Assembly (NCBI GenBank): GCA_963735925.1
Contig: CAVTMT010000009.1
Span: 100,696 to 164,695 of the forward strand
Source: an uncultured bacterium
GTDB taxonomy: Bacteria; Verrucomicrobiota; Verrucomicrobiia; Limisphaerales; J093
Direction: 5' to 3'
Length of the DNA: 64,000 nucleotides
Positions 35,543 to 43,471 of this stretch are shown one piece after another; the stretch's first letter is position 1; every line of letters starts with the position of its first letter. Under the pieces are notes generated by a model. It was not told the origin of the DNA and made no database searches. It saw nothing but the letters and a program-made list of their open reading frames with translations. Position numbers and translations under genes: made by a program.

Positions 35543-37498
35543 TCAGGCATAGACGCGGAGTTCGTAAACGCGAGCGCTGGCGTCGCCGTTCGTGGCCTGG
35601 ATTTGCAGGCGGAGCGCCCGTGCATCCACCGGCGCAAAGGTGTGCCGCACCAGGCGTTGATGATTGCGCCGCACGCGGACCAACTCGCGCCAGTCGCCAT
35701 CCGCCGCCGGCCGGCAGCTCAGCGCGTAGTCGCGCACGGTTTCGGGCTGCGGGCCGCGGATGATCTGGCGGTTCGTCGCGTCCGACGCCGAAAGCGTCAG
35801 TTCCCGGTGAAAACCGGTGTCGAACGTGATTTGCACCTGGCCGATCCGCTGCGGCTGTTCCCAAGCCAATTCCAGCCACGGCTCGCCCGCGTCGAACTTC
35901 GCGTCCCACCGATGTGTCGTCGCGCCTCGCAAGTCGCGCACGAAACCGTCGATGACTGACTCGGGGCGCGAGAGGTCTTGCGCGGTCGAGGCGGTGACCT
36001 TCGCGCCCCGCGCGAGGTCCAGCGGTTCTTCGTTGCGCCGGCCTTTAAGCGTCTGGTCGTCCCGGAGCAAGGTCTGTTGCAGTTCGCGCAGGCGGGCCTT
36101 GTCTTCGGCAAGCGCGCGCGGTTTCAGGCCGTGCCGGACGCACAGCGCGGCCGCCGTGCCCGCGGCCTGGCCGATCACCGAGCAGGTGGCCATCACGCGC
36201 GTGGAACTGAAGGCCACGTGACTCGCGCTGATGTTCCGGCCGGCCATCCAGAGGTTGCCCACGCTGCGACTGTAAAGGCACCGCAACGGAATGCTATAGA
36301 CCTCCGGCAGCGGCACCGACCGAAACGGCCGCTCCGTCCACGCGTCGAAGCCGGACGGCGGATGATCGTCCATCGGCCAGCCGCCGATCGCCACCGCGTC
36401 TTCCGGTTCGCCGCGCTGCCCTTCGAGGTCGGCCTGCGTGAGCACGTAATCGCCCACGATCCGGCGGCTTTCGCGCTTGCCCGGAATGAAGCCGATCCAG
36501 TCCATGCCCCAGTTCGCGCTGTCCGGTTTGTCGCCGGAGTTTTTGATGTAATCCCAGACGCCCAGCACGATCGAGAGCAGCTCGAAACGGATGCGCTCGT
36601 TGTCGCGGATCGAGTTCAACTGCCCGCCCCACTCGATCCACCAATAACCATACTCCCACGACGAAATGCCGCGGAACTTGAGCATCTCCTTGGTTACTTT
36701 GCGGGCCCAGGCCGGCGGCGTGAACGGAATCGGCCGGCCATAATCGCGCGCGGTGAACAGAATGCTGCTGCCTTGCGTGTGGCTATCCGCGGTGGCGTAG
36801 GCGAGCGATTCGCCGAACTCGTCTTTGGCTTCGCGGCCTTGCCGGATTTCCGCGCCCGCCTCCAGCGCGAGCCGGCAATCACCGGTGCAATCCAGGAATT
36901 GCCGCGCCGTGATCCGGTACAGGTGCTCGGTCTTGTCGCAGCGGGTGAGCACGCGTTGGATCATGCCATCCTTCGTCTCCGCGGCGAAGAGCGTGGTGTC
37001 GAGCAGCAAGGTAATGTTTGGTTCGCGTTTGACTTTGTCGTAAAGGAGGAAGTCCCAAAGCTCGAAGCTGCGATGTGGGTTGTTGACCGCGTCGTCGAGG
37101 CGGAATTCCTCGATCAAGCCGCCCTCGCGCCAGCCCGGCCGGCCGCCGTGGCAGTTGGCGCCGACGATGTGCATCTTCACCTCGCTGCAGGCGTTGCCAC
37201 CCAGTCGCGAGCGGTCCTGCACGAGCACGACTTTGGCGCCGTGTCGGGCCGCGGCAATCGCCGCGCAGACGCCCGCCATGCCGCCGCCGGCCACGAATAC
37301 GTCGCAGTCCAGGTCCACCAGCATCATGTGCGGCTCGCCGGCGAACCGGTCGCGCGCCGGCTCCGTCGGCGCGAGGCGGTCGAACTCAGTGGCGATGGCG
37401 TCGTGCGAAGGTGACGCGGCGGTGAGGCTGTCCGCTTTCACCAGCACCGAGTAACCGGCGAAACCGCCGGCGAGGGAGAGAAAATCGCGTCGCTTCAT
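35543..37498 (-). CDS. FAD-dependent oxidoreductase with TAT signal and C-terminal discoidin-like domain
   Basis: It has MKRRDFLSLAGG, the dinucleotide motif DVFVAGGGMAGVCAAIAAARHGAKVVLVQDR, and a C-terminal F5/8-type-C-like tail ending YELRVYA. Confidence 0.75.
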   Translation of the reverse strand: MKRRDFLSLAGGFAGYSVLVKADSLTAASPSHDAIATEFDRLAPTEPARDRFAGEPHMMLVDLDCDVFVAGGGMAGVCAAIAAARHGAKVVLVQDRSRLGGNACSEVKMHIVGANCHGGRPGWREGGLIEEFRLDDAVNNPHRSFELWDFLLYDKVKREPNITLLLDTTLFAAETKDGMIQRVLTRCDKTEHLYRITARQFLDCTGDCRLALEAGAEIRQGREAKDEFGESLAYATADSHTQGSSILFTARDYGRPIPFTPPAWARKVTKEMLKFRGISSWEYGYWWIEWGGQLNSIRDNERIRFELLSIVLGVWDYIKNSGDKPDSANWGMDWIGFIPGKRESRRIVGDYVLTQADLEGQRGEPEDAVAIGGWPMDDHPPSGFDAWTERPFRSVPLPEVYSIPLRCLYSRSVGNLWMAGRNISASHVAFSSTRVMATCSVIGQAAGTAAALCVRHGLKPRALAEDKARLRELQQTLLRDDQTLKGRRNEEPLDLARGAKVTASTAQDLSRPESVIDGFVRDLRGATTHRWDAKFDAGEPWLELAWEQPQRIGQVQITFDTGFHRELTLSASDATNRQIIRGPQPETVRDYALSCRPAADGDWRELVRVRRNHQRLVRHTFAPVDARALRLQIQATNGDASARVYELRVYA

Positions 37499-37587
37499 GC
37501 TGTGGCCTGACGATACGTCCCCGCCCGTCAGAGGCGAAGGCCCAATTCCCAGCCGGCTGACCGGTGTGTCAACCGGGTGGGGGCCCG

Positions 37588-37655
37588 ACTTGGCGGTGGT
37601 GGTGCCGCAGCGCTCTGCGCCGCCGCAGCGGCGCAGCCCCCCACTGCCAATCAGG
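37588..37655. repeat. Solo diverged copy of the 12.5-kb tandem-repeat core
   Basis: The sequence cttggcggtggtggtgccgcagcgctctgcgccgccgcagcggcgcagccccccactgccaatcagg aligns by eye with the unit cttgggtggaggcggtgccgccgcaccgccctgcgccgccgcagcggcgcagccaccaaccagaaatcagg. Confidence 0.6.
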
Positions 37656-37673
37656 TTGTGAACCTCCCGGAGC

Positions 37674-37735
37674 GGTTACAGCTTCCAGCCTTCGCGGTAT
37701 TGGTGGTTACAGCTTCCAGCCTTCGCGGTATTGGT
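37674..37735. repeat. Perfect 2 x 31-bp tandem duplication spanning the 3' end and stop codon of the Gfo/Idh/MocA gene
   Basis: ggttacagcttccagccttcgcggtattggt occurs at 37674-37704 and again at 37705-37735. Confidence 0.9.
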
Positions 37736-39038
37736 ACTGGATGTACTGGTCCGCCTCCGGGCAGGCCAGAGCGCGCAAGTTCGCCGCGTCCCACTCGATC
37801 CGGCGGCCCAGGCGGTAGGCCACGTTGCCCAGCAAGGCGGCTTCGGTCAGCGCGCCCGAGTAATCGAAGTTGCAGGTGGTGGTGCCGCCGTTGCGGATGG
37901 CCTCGACCCATTCCTTGTGGTGGCCGATCGAGTCCGGGATGGTCTTGGGCGGCGCCTGGAACCCCTTGAACTTATCCTCCGGCAACAACTGTCGGCGGTC
38001 GTAATCCGCGAGCAGGTTGCCCTTTTCGCCCACAAACAACACCCCGCTCCGGAAGTACTGGCGCTGCTCGTCGTCGAGGAGCGGCGACGCCGGTTGTTTG
38101 CCGCCGTGATACCAGGTGAGCGCGACGGGCGGCAGCGTGAGACTCCCGATTTGCCGGGCCGGATAGCGGTAGCGGACGATCGCCCACGGCGGCGTGGAAT
38201 CGGGATGGACCGGCGGGCCGTCCACCGGCTCGACCCAGCTTGGCGCGCGGAGATCGAGCGCCCAGTGCGGCAGGTCCATGAAATGGCAGCCGAAATCCGC
38301 GATGGTGCCGCCGCCGAACGCCCACCAGTTGCGCCAGGCGAACGGCGCGTACTCCGGATGGTACGGGCGGAAGGGCATCGGCCCGATCCACAAATCCCAG
38401 TGCAAGCCCACCGGCACCGGCACCGTGCCCTTGGGCGCGTCTTTCCCGCCATAGACGGCCCCCACCCAGACGTGCACCTCGTTAACCGGTCCGATCGCCC
38501 CGCTCTGGATCAGCTCGACCACGCGGCGGTAGTTGCCACCGGCATGAATCTGGGTGCCCAACTGGGTCACGCGCTTCTCCTTCGCGGCCAGTTCGCGCAC
38601 CGCGCGGCACTCCGCCACCGTGTGCGTGAGCGGCTTCTCGCAATAGACATGGCGCCCGGTGCGCAACGCGGCGGCGGTGGCCACGGCGTGGGTGTGATCC
38701 GGCGTGGCCACCACGACGGCGTCGAGGTCCTTCTGGTCGATGAGCTGGCGGAAATCGTTGTAGCCTTTTGCGCCGGGATGTTTGAGCCGGGCCTGGGCCA
38801 GGAAATTGTCGTCCACATCGCAGAGCGCGGCGACATTCACGGCGTCGGTGAGCCGGGCGACCTCCTCGAGGTCCGCCGCGGCGCGGTTGGCGGTGCCGAT
38901 GAACCCAATGTTGAGTCTTTCGTTCGCGGCGGCGCGGCCGATCCGGATCAGCGGACCGGTGGCGGCGAGGCCGGTGCCGAACAACACGGACCGGCGCAGG
39001 AACTGGCGGCGATTCAAGGCGGTATTCATGGGCTTCAA
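37707..39038 (-). CDS. Gfo/Idh/MocA-family oxidoreductase with TAT signal
   Basis: It has NRRQFLRRSVLFGTGLAA and the Rossmann motif LNIGFIGTANRAAADL; 443 aa. Confidence 0.85.
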   Translation of the reverse strand: MKPMNTALNRRQFLRRSVLFGTGLAATGPLIRIGRAAANERLNIGFIGTANRAAADLEEVARLTDAVNVAALCDVDDNFLAQARLKHPGAKGYNDFRQLIDQKDLDAVVVATPDHTHAVATAAALRTGRHVYCEKPLTHTVAECRAVRELAAKEKRVTQLGTQIHAGGNYRRVVELIQSGAIGPVNEVHVWVGAVYGGKDAPKGTVPVPVGLHWDLWIGPMPFRPYHPEYAPFAWRNWWAFGGGTIADFGCHFMDLPHWALDLRAPSWVEPVDGPPVHPDSTPPWAIVRYRYPARQIGSLTLPPVALTWYHGGKQPASPLLDDEQRQYFRSGVLFVGEKGNLLADYDRRQLLPEDKFKGFQAPPKTIPDSIGHHKEWVEAIRNGGTTTCNFDYSGALTEAALLGNVAYRLGRRIEWDAANLRALACPEADQYIQYQYREGWKL

Positions 39039-39238
39039 CTAAGACCGAACCGGCACGGCTGTCGAGGCGAAACCTGGGCGGACTGGACGAAATGAGGGCG
39101 GAACCGCACCTTCAAGGGCTCTGGGCATATGAAAAGATTGACATCAACTTACGCCGGGGCACACTTTCCGCAGAAGTCAATATGGCCGGCGCGGAAACGT
39201 TCAGCATACCGCTCGCTTGACGATTGAAACCGTTCGGC

Positions 39239-39586
39239 ATGGCGCACATGAAGGGTTTCCACACATTCCATTGCGATTTTGGGCCGGCTACTTGTTCCAT
39301 TGAGTTCAGCGTATCTAAGGATTGCACCGGAGATCCGCCAAACCTCCGCCCGAAGGTAGTATGGACGGGCACGCGCACAGCGGAGATTTTTCCAGCTTAC
39401 CTGACTTGGATTCACACGGTGAACGCGGCCATCAGCAGAATGCTCAACCACCAGCACGCATATGTCATTCAGGACTGGTCTTCCGATCCAGCCCACTGGG
39501 AATTCTGGGTTTACGACCCCGACGGCAGCAAGAAGTGCGTCCAGTCTGGACATGGTAGGTTTGACAAGGGATGGCTTGGACGATGA
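39239..39586 (+). CDS. Hypothetical protein (about 115 aa), low-GC island
   Basis: The ORF reads MAHMKGFHTFHCDFGPATCSIEF...WEFWVYDPDGSKKCVQSGHGRFDKGW. The + strand is preferred over the overlapping - ORF 39149..39553 because it shares orientation with the next two genes. No family was recognised. Confidence 0.4.
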   Translation: MAHMKGFHTFHCDFGPATCSIEFSVSKDCTGDPPNLRPKVVWTGTRTAEIFPAYLTWIHTVNAAISRMLNHQHAYVIQDWSSDPAHWEFWVYDPDGSKKCVQSGHGRFDKGWLGR

Positions 39587-39638
39587 GCCGCCACGGGGAC
39601 GCTGCGGCGAACGTGCACCCCGTTTTTCACATTCCCTT

Positions 39639-39989
39639 ATGCACTACACCGCATCGCTTGTCTTCACACTCTTAATCGGCGGGTCGTTACTCTTTGAATG
39701 TGGTTGCGGTCGATCACGAACCAAGACTCAAGTGCGAGCCGAGGACTTTGGAGACCGGTGGCCTCTCACGGTACCCAGTGGCCACATCTACAAGCACGAT
39801 GCCTCGTACGGTCGGAGCCAAGTCATTTTCGTTGCGCCAGATGGCAAGAAATACGGACTCAACGGGACGGCTCAGAGCGCTGGTTATCGCGACATTCACC
39901 AGATTACGAAATTCGAGAGTACTTCCTATGGTCGGAGATACGAAGATGTTAGTGAACTCATCAGCCTCGGTCTCTCTGACATCAAGTAG
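39639..39989 (+). CDS. Small secreted/lipoprotein-like hypothetical (DUF2511/YebY-like by weak resemblance)
   Basis: It has the N-terminal hydrophobic segment MHYTASLVFTLLIGGSLLFECGCG, followed by WPLTVPSGHIY...YGLNGTAQSAGY. Confidence 0.45.
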   Translation: MHYTASLVFTLLIGGSLLFECGCGRSRTKTQVRAEDFGDRWPLTVPSGHIYKHDASYGRSQVIFVAPDGKKYGLNGTAQSAGYRDIHQITKFESTSYGRRYEDVSELISLGLSDIK

Positions 39990-40160
39990 CACCATTTGAG
40001 TTGTGAAGCCCCAAAGCGTTCAAGCGCTCCCAAATGACGCGCTGGAAAGCAAGTGCTGGCCCTTCTCCGGCAAATGCCGGGCGGCCGTTCGATAGCGCTT
40101 TGCGCGCTCTACCGTCACTGCCTGCCTCAGCCGCTCACCTCTGACATTTGGCGAAACCGT

Positions 40161-40523
40161 ATGCTGTGTCATCAAGACGTGATTAGTATTGACGAATACC
40201 TTGCAGGCTTGAGCGAGGACCAACGAGCCGCGCTGGAGAGCCTGCGGCAGACCATCCGGGCGGTGACGCTCAAGGCGGAGGAGCGCATCAGTTACCAACT
40301 CCCGGCTTTTCGTCTCAACGGAAAGCTGCTGGTGGCCTTCGGCGCGACCGCGAATCACTGCGCCTTTTACCCCATGAGTGCTTCCACCGTGGCGGTCCAC
40401 CAGGACGCGCTCAAGGACTACCCCACCAGCAAGGGCACCATCCGCTTCCAACCGGACCATCCGCTGCCGGCCGCCCTGGTGCGGAAGTTGGTCAAGGCCC
40501 GGATTGCGGAGAACGGCGGTTGA
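40161..40523 (+). CDS. DUF1801 (YdhG-like) domain protein
   Basis: The sequence is IDEYLAGLSEDQRAALESLRQTIRAVTLKAEERISYQLPAFRLNGKLLVAFGATANHCAFYP...GTIRFQPDHPLP. Confidence 0.65.
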   Translation: MLCHQDVISIDEYLAGLSEDQRAALESLRQTIRAVTLKAEERISYQLPAFRLNGKLLVAFGATANHCAFYPMSASTVAVHQDALKDYPTSKGTIRFQPDHPLPAALVRKLVKARIAENGG

Positions 40524-40563
40524 GGTACAGAGCTCAAAGAGGCTGAATGTCCGAGAGGGACCT

Positions 40564-40866
40564 TCAGTCGCAGGGCGGTGGCTGAGGAGCGCACCCCGGC
40601 CTTGAGGGAGGTTCCCACCTCGCTGTCGTCCACCTCTGGGAGAACACGCCGGTGGGCAGGTCCGCGAAGGTCGCCAGTTCGAATTGCTGACCCGCGGCGG
40701 GCGTGTAGGCGCTGGCTAGCGTCAGTTTCAGCGTCCCCCCGAGGGCGGTCGCGCCTTGCACCGCCAGACTCGCCGCCTCGGAATGCGTGGCGCCGAGGCC
40801 GATCGTCGCGTCCAGCACGCTGGTGGAGGTCAATGCATGATCCCCCTGAATCGTCAAGCTGCCCAC
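40564..40866 (-). pseudogene. C-terminal fragment of a beta-strand-repeat surface protein (autotransporter-associated repeat-like)
   Basis: It reads GSLTIQGDHALTSTSVLDATIGLGATHSEAASLAVQGATALGGTLKLTLASAYTPAAGQQFELATFA with no matching N-terminal part. It abuts the transposase remnant. Confidence 0.45.
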
Positions 40867-40879
40867 ACGGCAGCGAGCG

Positions 40880-41092
40880 AAATGGCCGCTTACGCAGCTC
40901 GTTGAAGGTCACCTGACCCAGGCGGATGCGTTTGTCGTGGAAGAGGGCAACGGCCCGGAAGTGACTAAAGGCAAGCATCTTGATCCAGAGCAACGCCACC
41001 ATGGCTACCGGATGATGATGGGTGCAGTGGGTCAAGTGCCGGTGCTGGGGCAGTTCACCGAAGGCGTTGTTCTCGATCTTCCAGCGAAAATG
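40880..41092 (-). mobile_element. DDE transposase C-terminal remnant (IS4/IS701-like RWKIEN motif), truncated
   Basis: Hand translation gives HFRWKIENNAFGELPQHRHLTHCTHHHPVAMVALLWIKMLAFSHFRAVALFHDKRI, preceded by an in-frame stop. No intact transposase or terminal repeats were identified. Confidence 0.5.
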
Positions 41093-41338
41093 TCACAACT
41101 CGCGGATGTCAGAATGGCGAGGCGGGCTTGCGTTTCGCGAGCGCTGTTTCTCGCGAGTCAGCAGACGGGCGGCTGCTTGTGTGCCGGCAGCATTGTGGTA
41201 GGCTAACCCAGCTCCGGTTGGAATCAGGTAAGCGACCCGGCGCTGGACCAGCTACCTTTCGGGAGGCGTTCGAGTGGAACCAGCTCCTGGCGGGCCAAAG
41301 GGAACCCAAAGCACCGAGGTCGGCGACCTGAACCATGA

Positions 41339-42082
41339 ATGGCGAGGTGCGTTGTGACGAACTTTGAACACTTGGTCGCCCGCCAGCTTGAGCTCTGCGA
41401 ACTCAAGCGACGTCTCGAAAGCACCCCCACCCGACCGCCTCCAATCCTCGTGAAGGGCGCCGCCTATGGCCCCTGCCTGCTGGTGTCGCGCGAGTGCGGC
41501 GGCGGTGGCAACAGTCTAACGCGCCTGATCAGCGAGCGAGTGGGGTGGCAAGTGTTCGATCGCGAAATCGTCGAGGCGGTCGCGCAGAGCGCGCATGTGC
41601 GACGCCAGTTGATCGCCAGCGTGGACGAGCGGGTGCGACACGGTTGGAGCGAGTTTTGCCGTAAGCTGGCGGAAGGGGAAGGCGTTGGTCGCGAGACCTA
41701 TCTTTCGCATCTCCGACAGGTGATTCTTTCGCTGGGCCATCATGGGGACGTGATCATTCTGGGGCGGGGGGCGAATTACATCCTGCCGCCCGAGTGCGCC
41801 GTGAGCGTGCACTTGATGGCGCCGCTCGAGGTGCGGGTTCGCCGGGTGGCGGAACGCGAGCGAATCTCCGGCGATAGGGCACGGCGGCGCGTGGAGCAGA
41901 TCGACAGCGAGCGCGCCGCGTTCGTTCGCGAGGCATTTGGGAAGGATGTGAACGCGACGGAGAATTACGACCTCGTCCTGAACACGGGTGAACTCAGCCT
42001 CGAGGCCGCTGCGGAGACCGTGCTCGCGAAGTTGCAGGCGAAATTGCAGGTGCAACTGGAAAGGGCGCCATGCGCGAAGTGA
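41339..42082 (+). CDS. Cytidylate-kinase-like family protein (P-loop NTPase-like)
   Basis: It carries LLVSRECGGGGNSLTRLISERVGWQVFDREIV, VIILGRGANYIL and YDLVLNTGELS. It overlaps the first V-ATPase gene by 13 nt. Confidence 0.65.
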   Translation: MARCVVTNFEHLVARQLELCELKRRLESTPTRPPPILVKGAAYGPCLLVSRECGGGGNSLTRLISERVGWQVFDREIVEAVAQSAHVRRQLIASVDERVRHGWSEFCRKLAEGEGVGRETYLSHLRQVILSLGHHGDVIILGRGANYILPPECAVSVHLMAPLEVRVRRVAERERISGDRARRRVEQIDSERAAFVREAFGKDVNATENYDLVLNTGELSLEAAAETVLAKLQAKLQVQLERAPCAK

Positions 42083-42384
42083 TCCAGGGTTTGATCGAGG
42101 CGGAAGCCGAAGCCCGAGGCATCGTCCAAGCGGCGCGGGCAGAGGCGGAGGGTCTGGTGGCCGGCGCCGAGAAACGCGCGCAGGACCTGGTGGCCGGGGC
42201 CCGCCAGGACGCCCGCGCCGAGGCGGCGAACGCCATCGCAACCGCCGTTGAGGCTGCGCGGCAGGAGAAGGCCAGGCGGCTTGAGTCGGCCACGCTCGAG
42301 ATCCAGAGGCAGGTGCGGATGGACGATCGCACGCGGGATCGGCTCGTGGACGCAGTCGTGCGCTGCCTCCGCGATCAAGCGTAA
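42070..42384 (+). CDS. A/V-type ATPase small peripheral-stalk subunit (G/H-like)
   Basis: A 104-aa all-helical Ala/Glu/Arg-rich protein (EAEAEARGIVQAARAEAEGLVAGAEKRAQD) at the head of the V-ATPase operon. Confidence 0.6.
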   Translation: MREVIQGLIEAEAEARGIVQAARAEAEGLVAGAEKRAQDLVAGARQDARAEAANAIATAVEAARQEKARRLESATLEIQRQVRMDDRTRDRLVDAVVRCLRDQA

Positions 42385-42409
42385 CGGCGCGGAAGGACCA
42401 ACCACCGTG

Positions 42410-43471
42410 ATGCGAGGAATGACGGACAACCTGGACTTCCTCGCCGCCCGGCTGCATGGACGGCGCAGCCGGATGGCGACGGGCGAAAGGCTTGCGACGT
42501 TGTGCCAGGTCCGGACGGTGCCGCGGTTCGGAACGGAGGTTTTGTCGGTGGCTGAGGTGCTGTCGGCCACGCAAATCCAACGGCGGCTCGTGGAAGAGCT
42601 CGCCCAGGAAATGGCGGGCCTTGCGGCCCAAGTCGTCTCGACCGGCGCGGAGCTGCTCCGGTGGCTGGCCGTGCGGTTTCAAGTCGAGAACCTGAAGGTG
42701 CTGCTCCGCGGCATGCTGGCGGGCGAACGTCTGGAGTCGCTGCAGCCACACCTCGTGCCATTGCCGCGCGAGTTTACCCTGGATGCGGCGTCCCTGGCCG
42801 GAGCCAGGTCGCTGGACGAGTTCCACCTGCTCGTGCCTCGCGGACCCTTAAGGAGACGGTTCGGTGAAACCGTGGAGGTTCACGGCGACGAGAAGCGGCC
42901 GTTCTTCTTCGAATCGGCACTGGACAAAGGTTACTTCGAAGAACTGTTGGCGAGAACCGGCGCCCTCGGCGCGGAGGAGAGGGAACTCGTGAAACCGCTC
43001 GTGCTCCAGGAAATCGACACCTTCCACCTGATGCTCGTGGCGCGCGGGAAATACATCTATGGGCTCGCAGCGACGGCGTTGTTGCCGCTGCACGTCTCCG
43101 GTACGGCCATCCCGCGAGAACGCTTCGCGGCGATGCTGGCAGACGCGGATTTGCGCACCGCCGCGAGCCGGGCGCTGAACCGCGCCGTGGACTCGCTACC
43201 GGGTGCAGCGGGGGCGGGCGGCGATCCCGCAGGCGTGATTGCCCCGTCGGATCTGGAGGCGCTGGCTTGGAACCGTTTCCTGCGGCTGGCGAACCGGGCC
43301 TTCCGCCGGAGTCACATGGGTTTCGCCGCGGTGGTGGCCTTCGTGGAACTGCGGCGCGTGGAGGTCGCAAACCTCGTCACGCTCTCCGAGGGCATCCGGG
43401 CGCAGATTCCCGCCGAGAAGATTCGCGATCGGCTGATCCCGCGTCAGACGGGGGAGGTGGCGCATGTTTAG
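42410..43471 (+). CDS. atpC: V-type ATP synthase subunit C (V0 d / AC39 family)
   Basis: It reads MRGMTDNLDFLAARLHGRRSRM...VENLKVLLRGML. The call is also supported by size and operon position. Confidence 0.75.
   Translation: MRGMTDNLDFLAARLHGRRSRMATGERLATLCQVRTVPRFGTEVLSVAEVLSATQIQRRLVEELAQEMAGLAAQVVSTGAELLRWLAVRFQVENLKVLLRGMLAGERLESLQPHLVPLPREFTLDAASLAGARSLDEFHLLVPRGPLRRRFGETVEVHGDEKRPFFFESALDKGYFEELLARTGALGAEERELVKPLVLQEIDTFHLMLVARGKYIYGLAATALLPLHVSGTAIPRERFAAMLADADLRTAASRALNRAVDSLPGAAGAGGDPAGVIAPSDLEALAWNRFLRLANRAFRRSHMGFAAVVAFVELRRVEVANLVTLSEGIRAQIPAEKIRDRLIPRQTGEVAHV

Noticed and set aside
39149-39553. 134-aa minus-strand ORF overlapping the 39239..39586 plus-strand ORF
   Set aside because: I cannot decide rigorously without codon statistics. 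I preferred the plus strand because it is co-oriented and closely spaced with the next two genes, and its sequence looks more globular. I kept the chosen call at low confidence.
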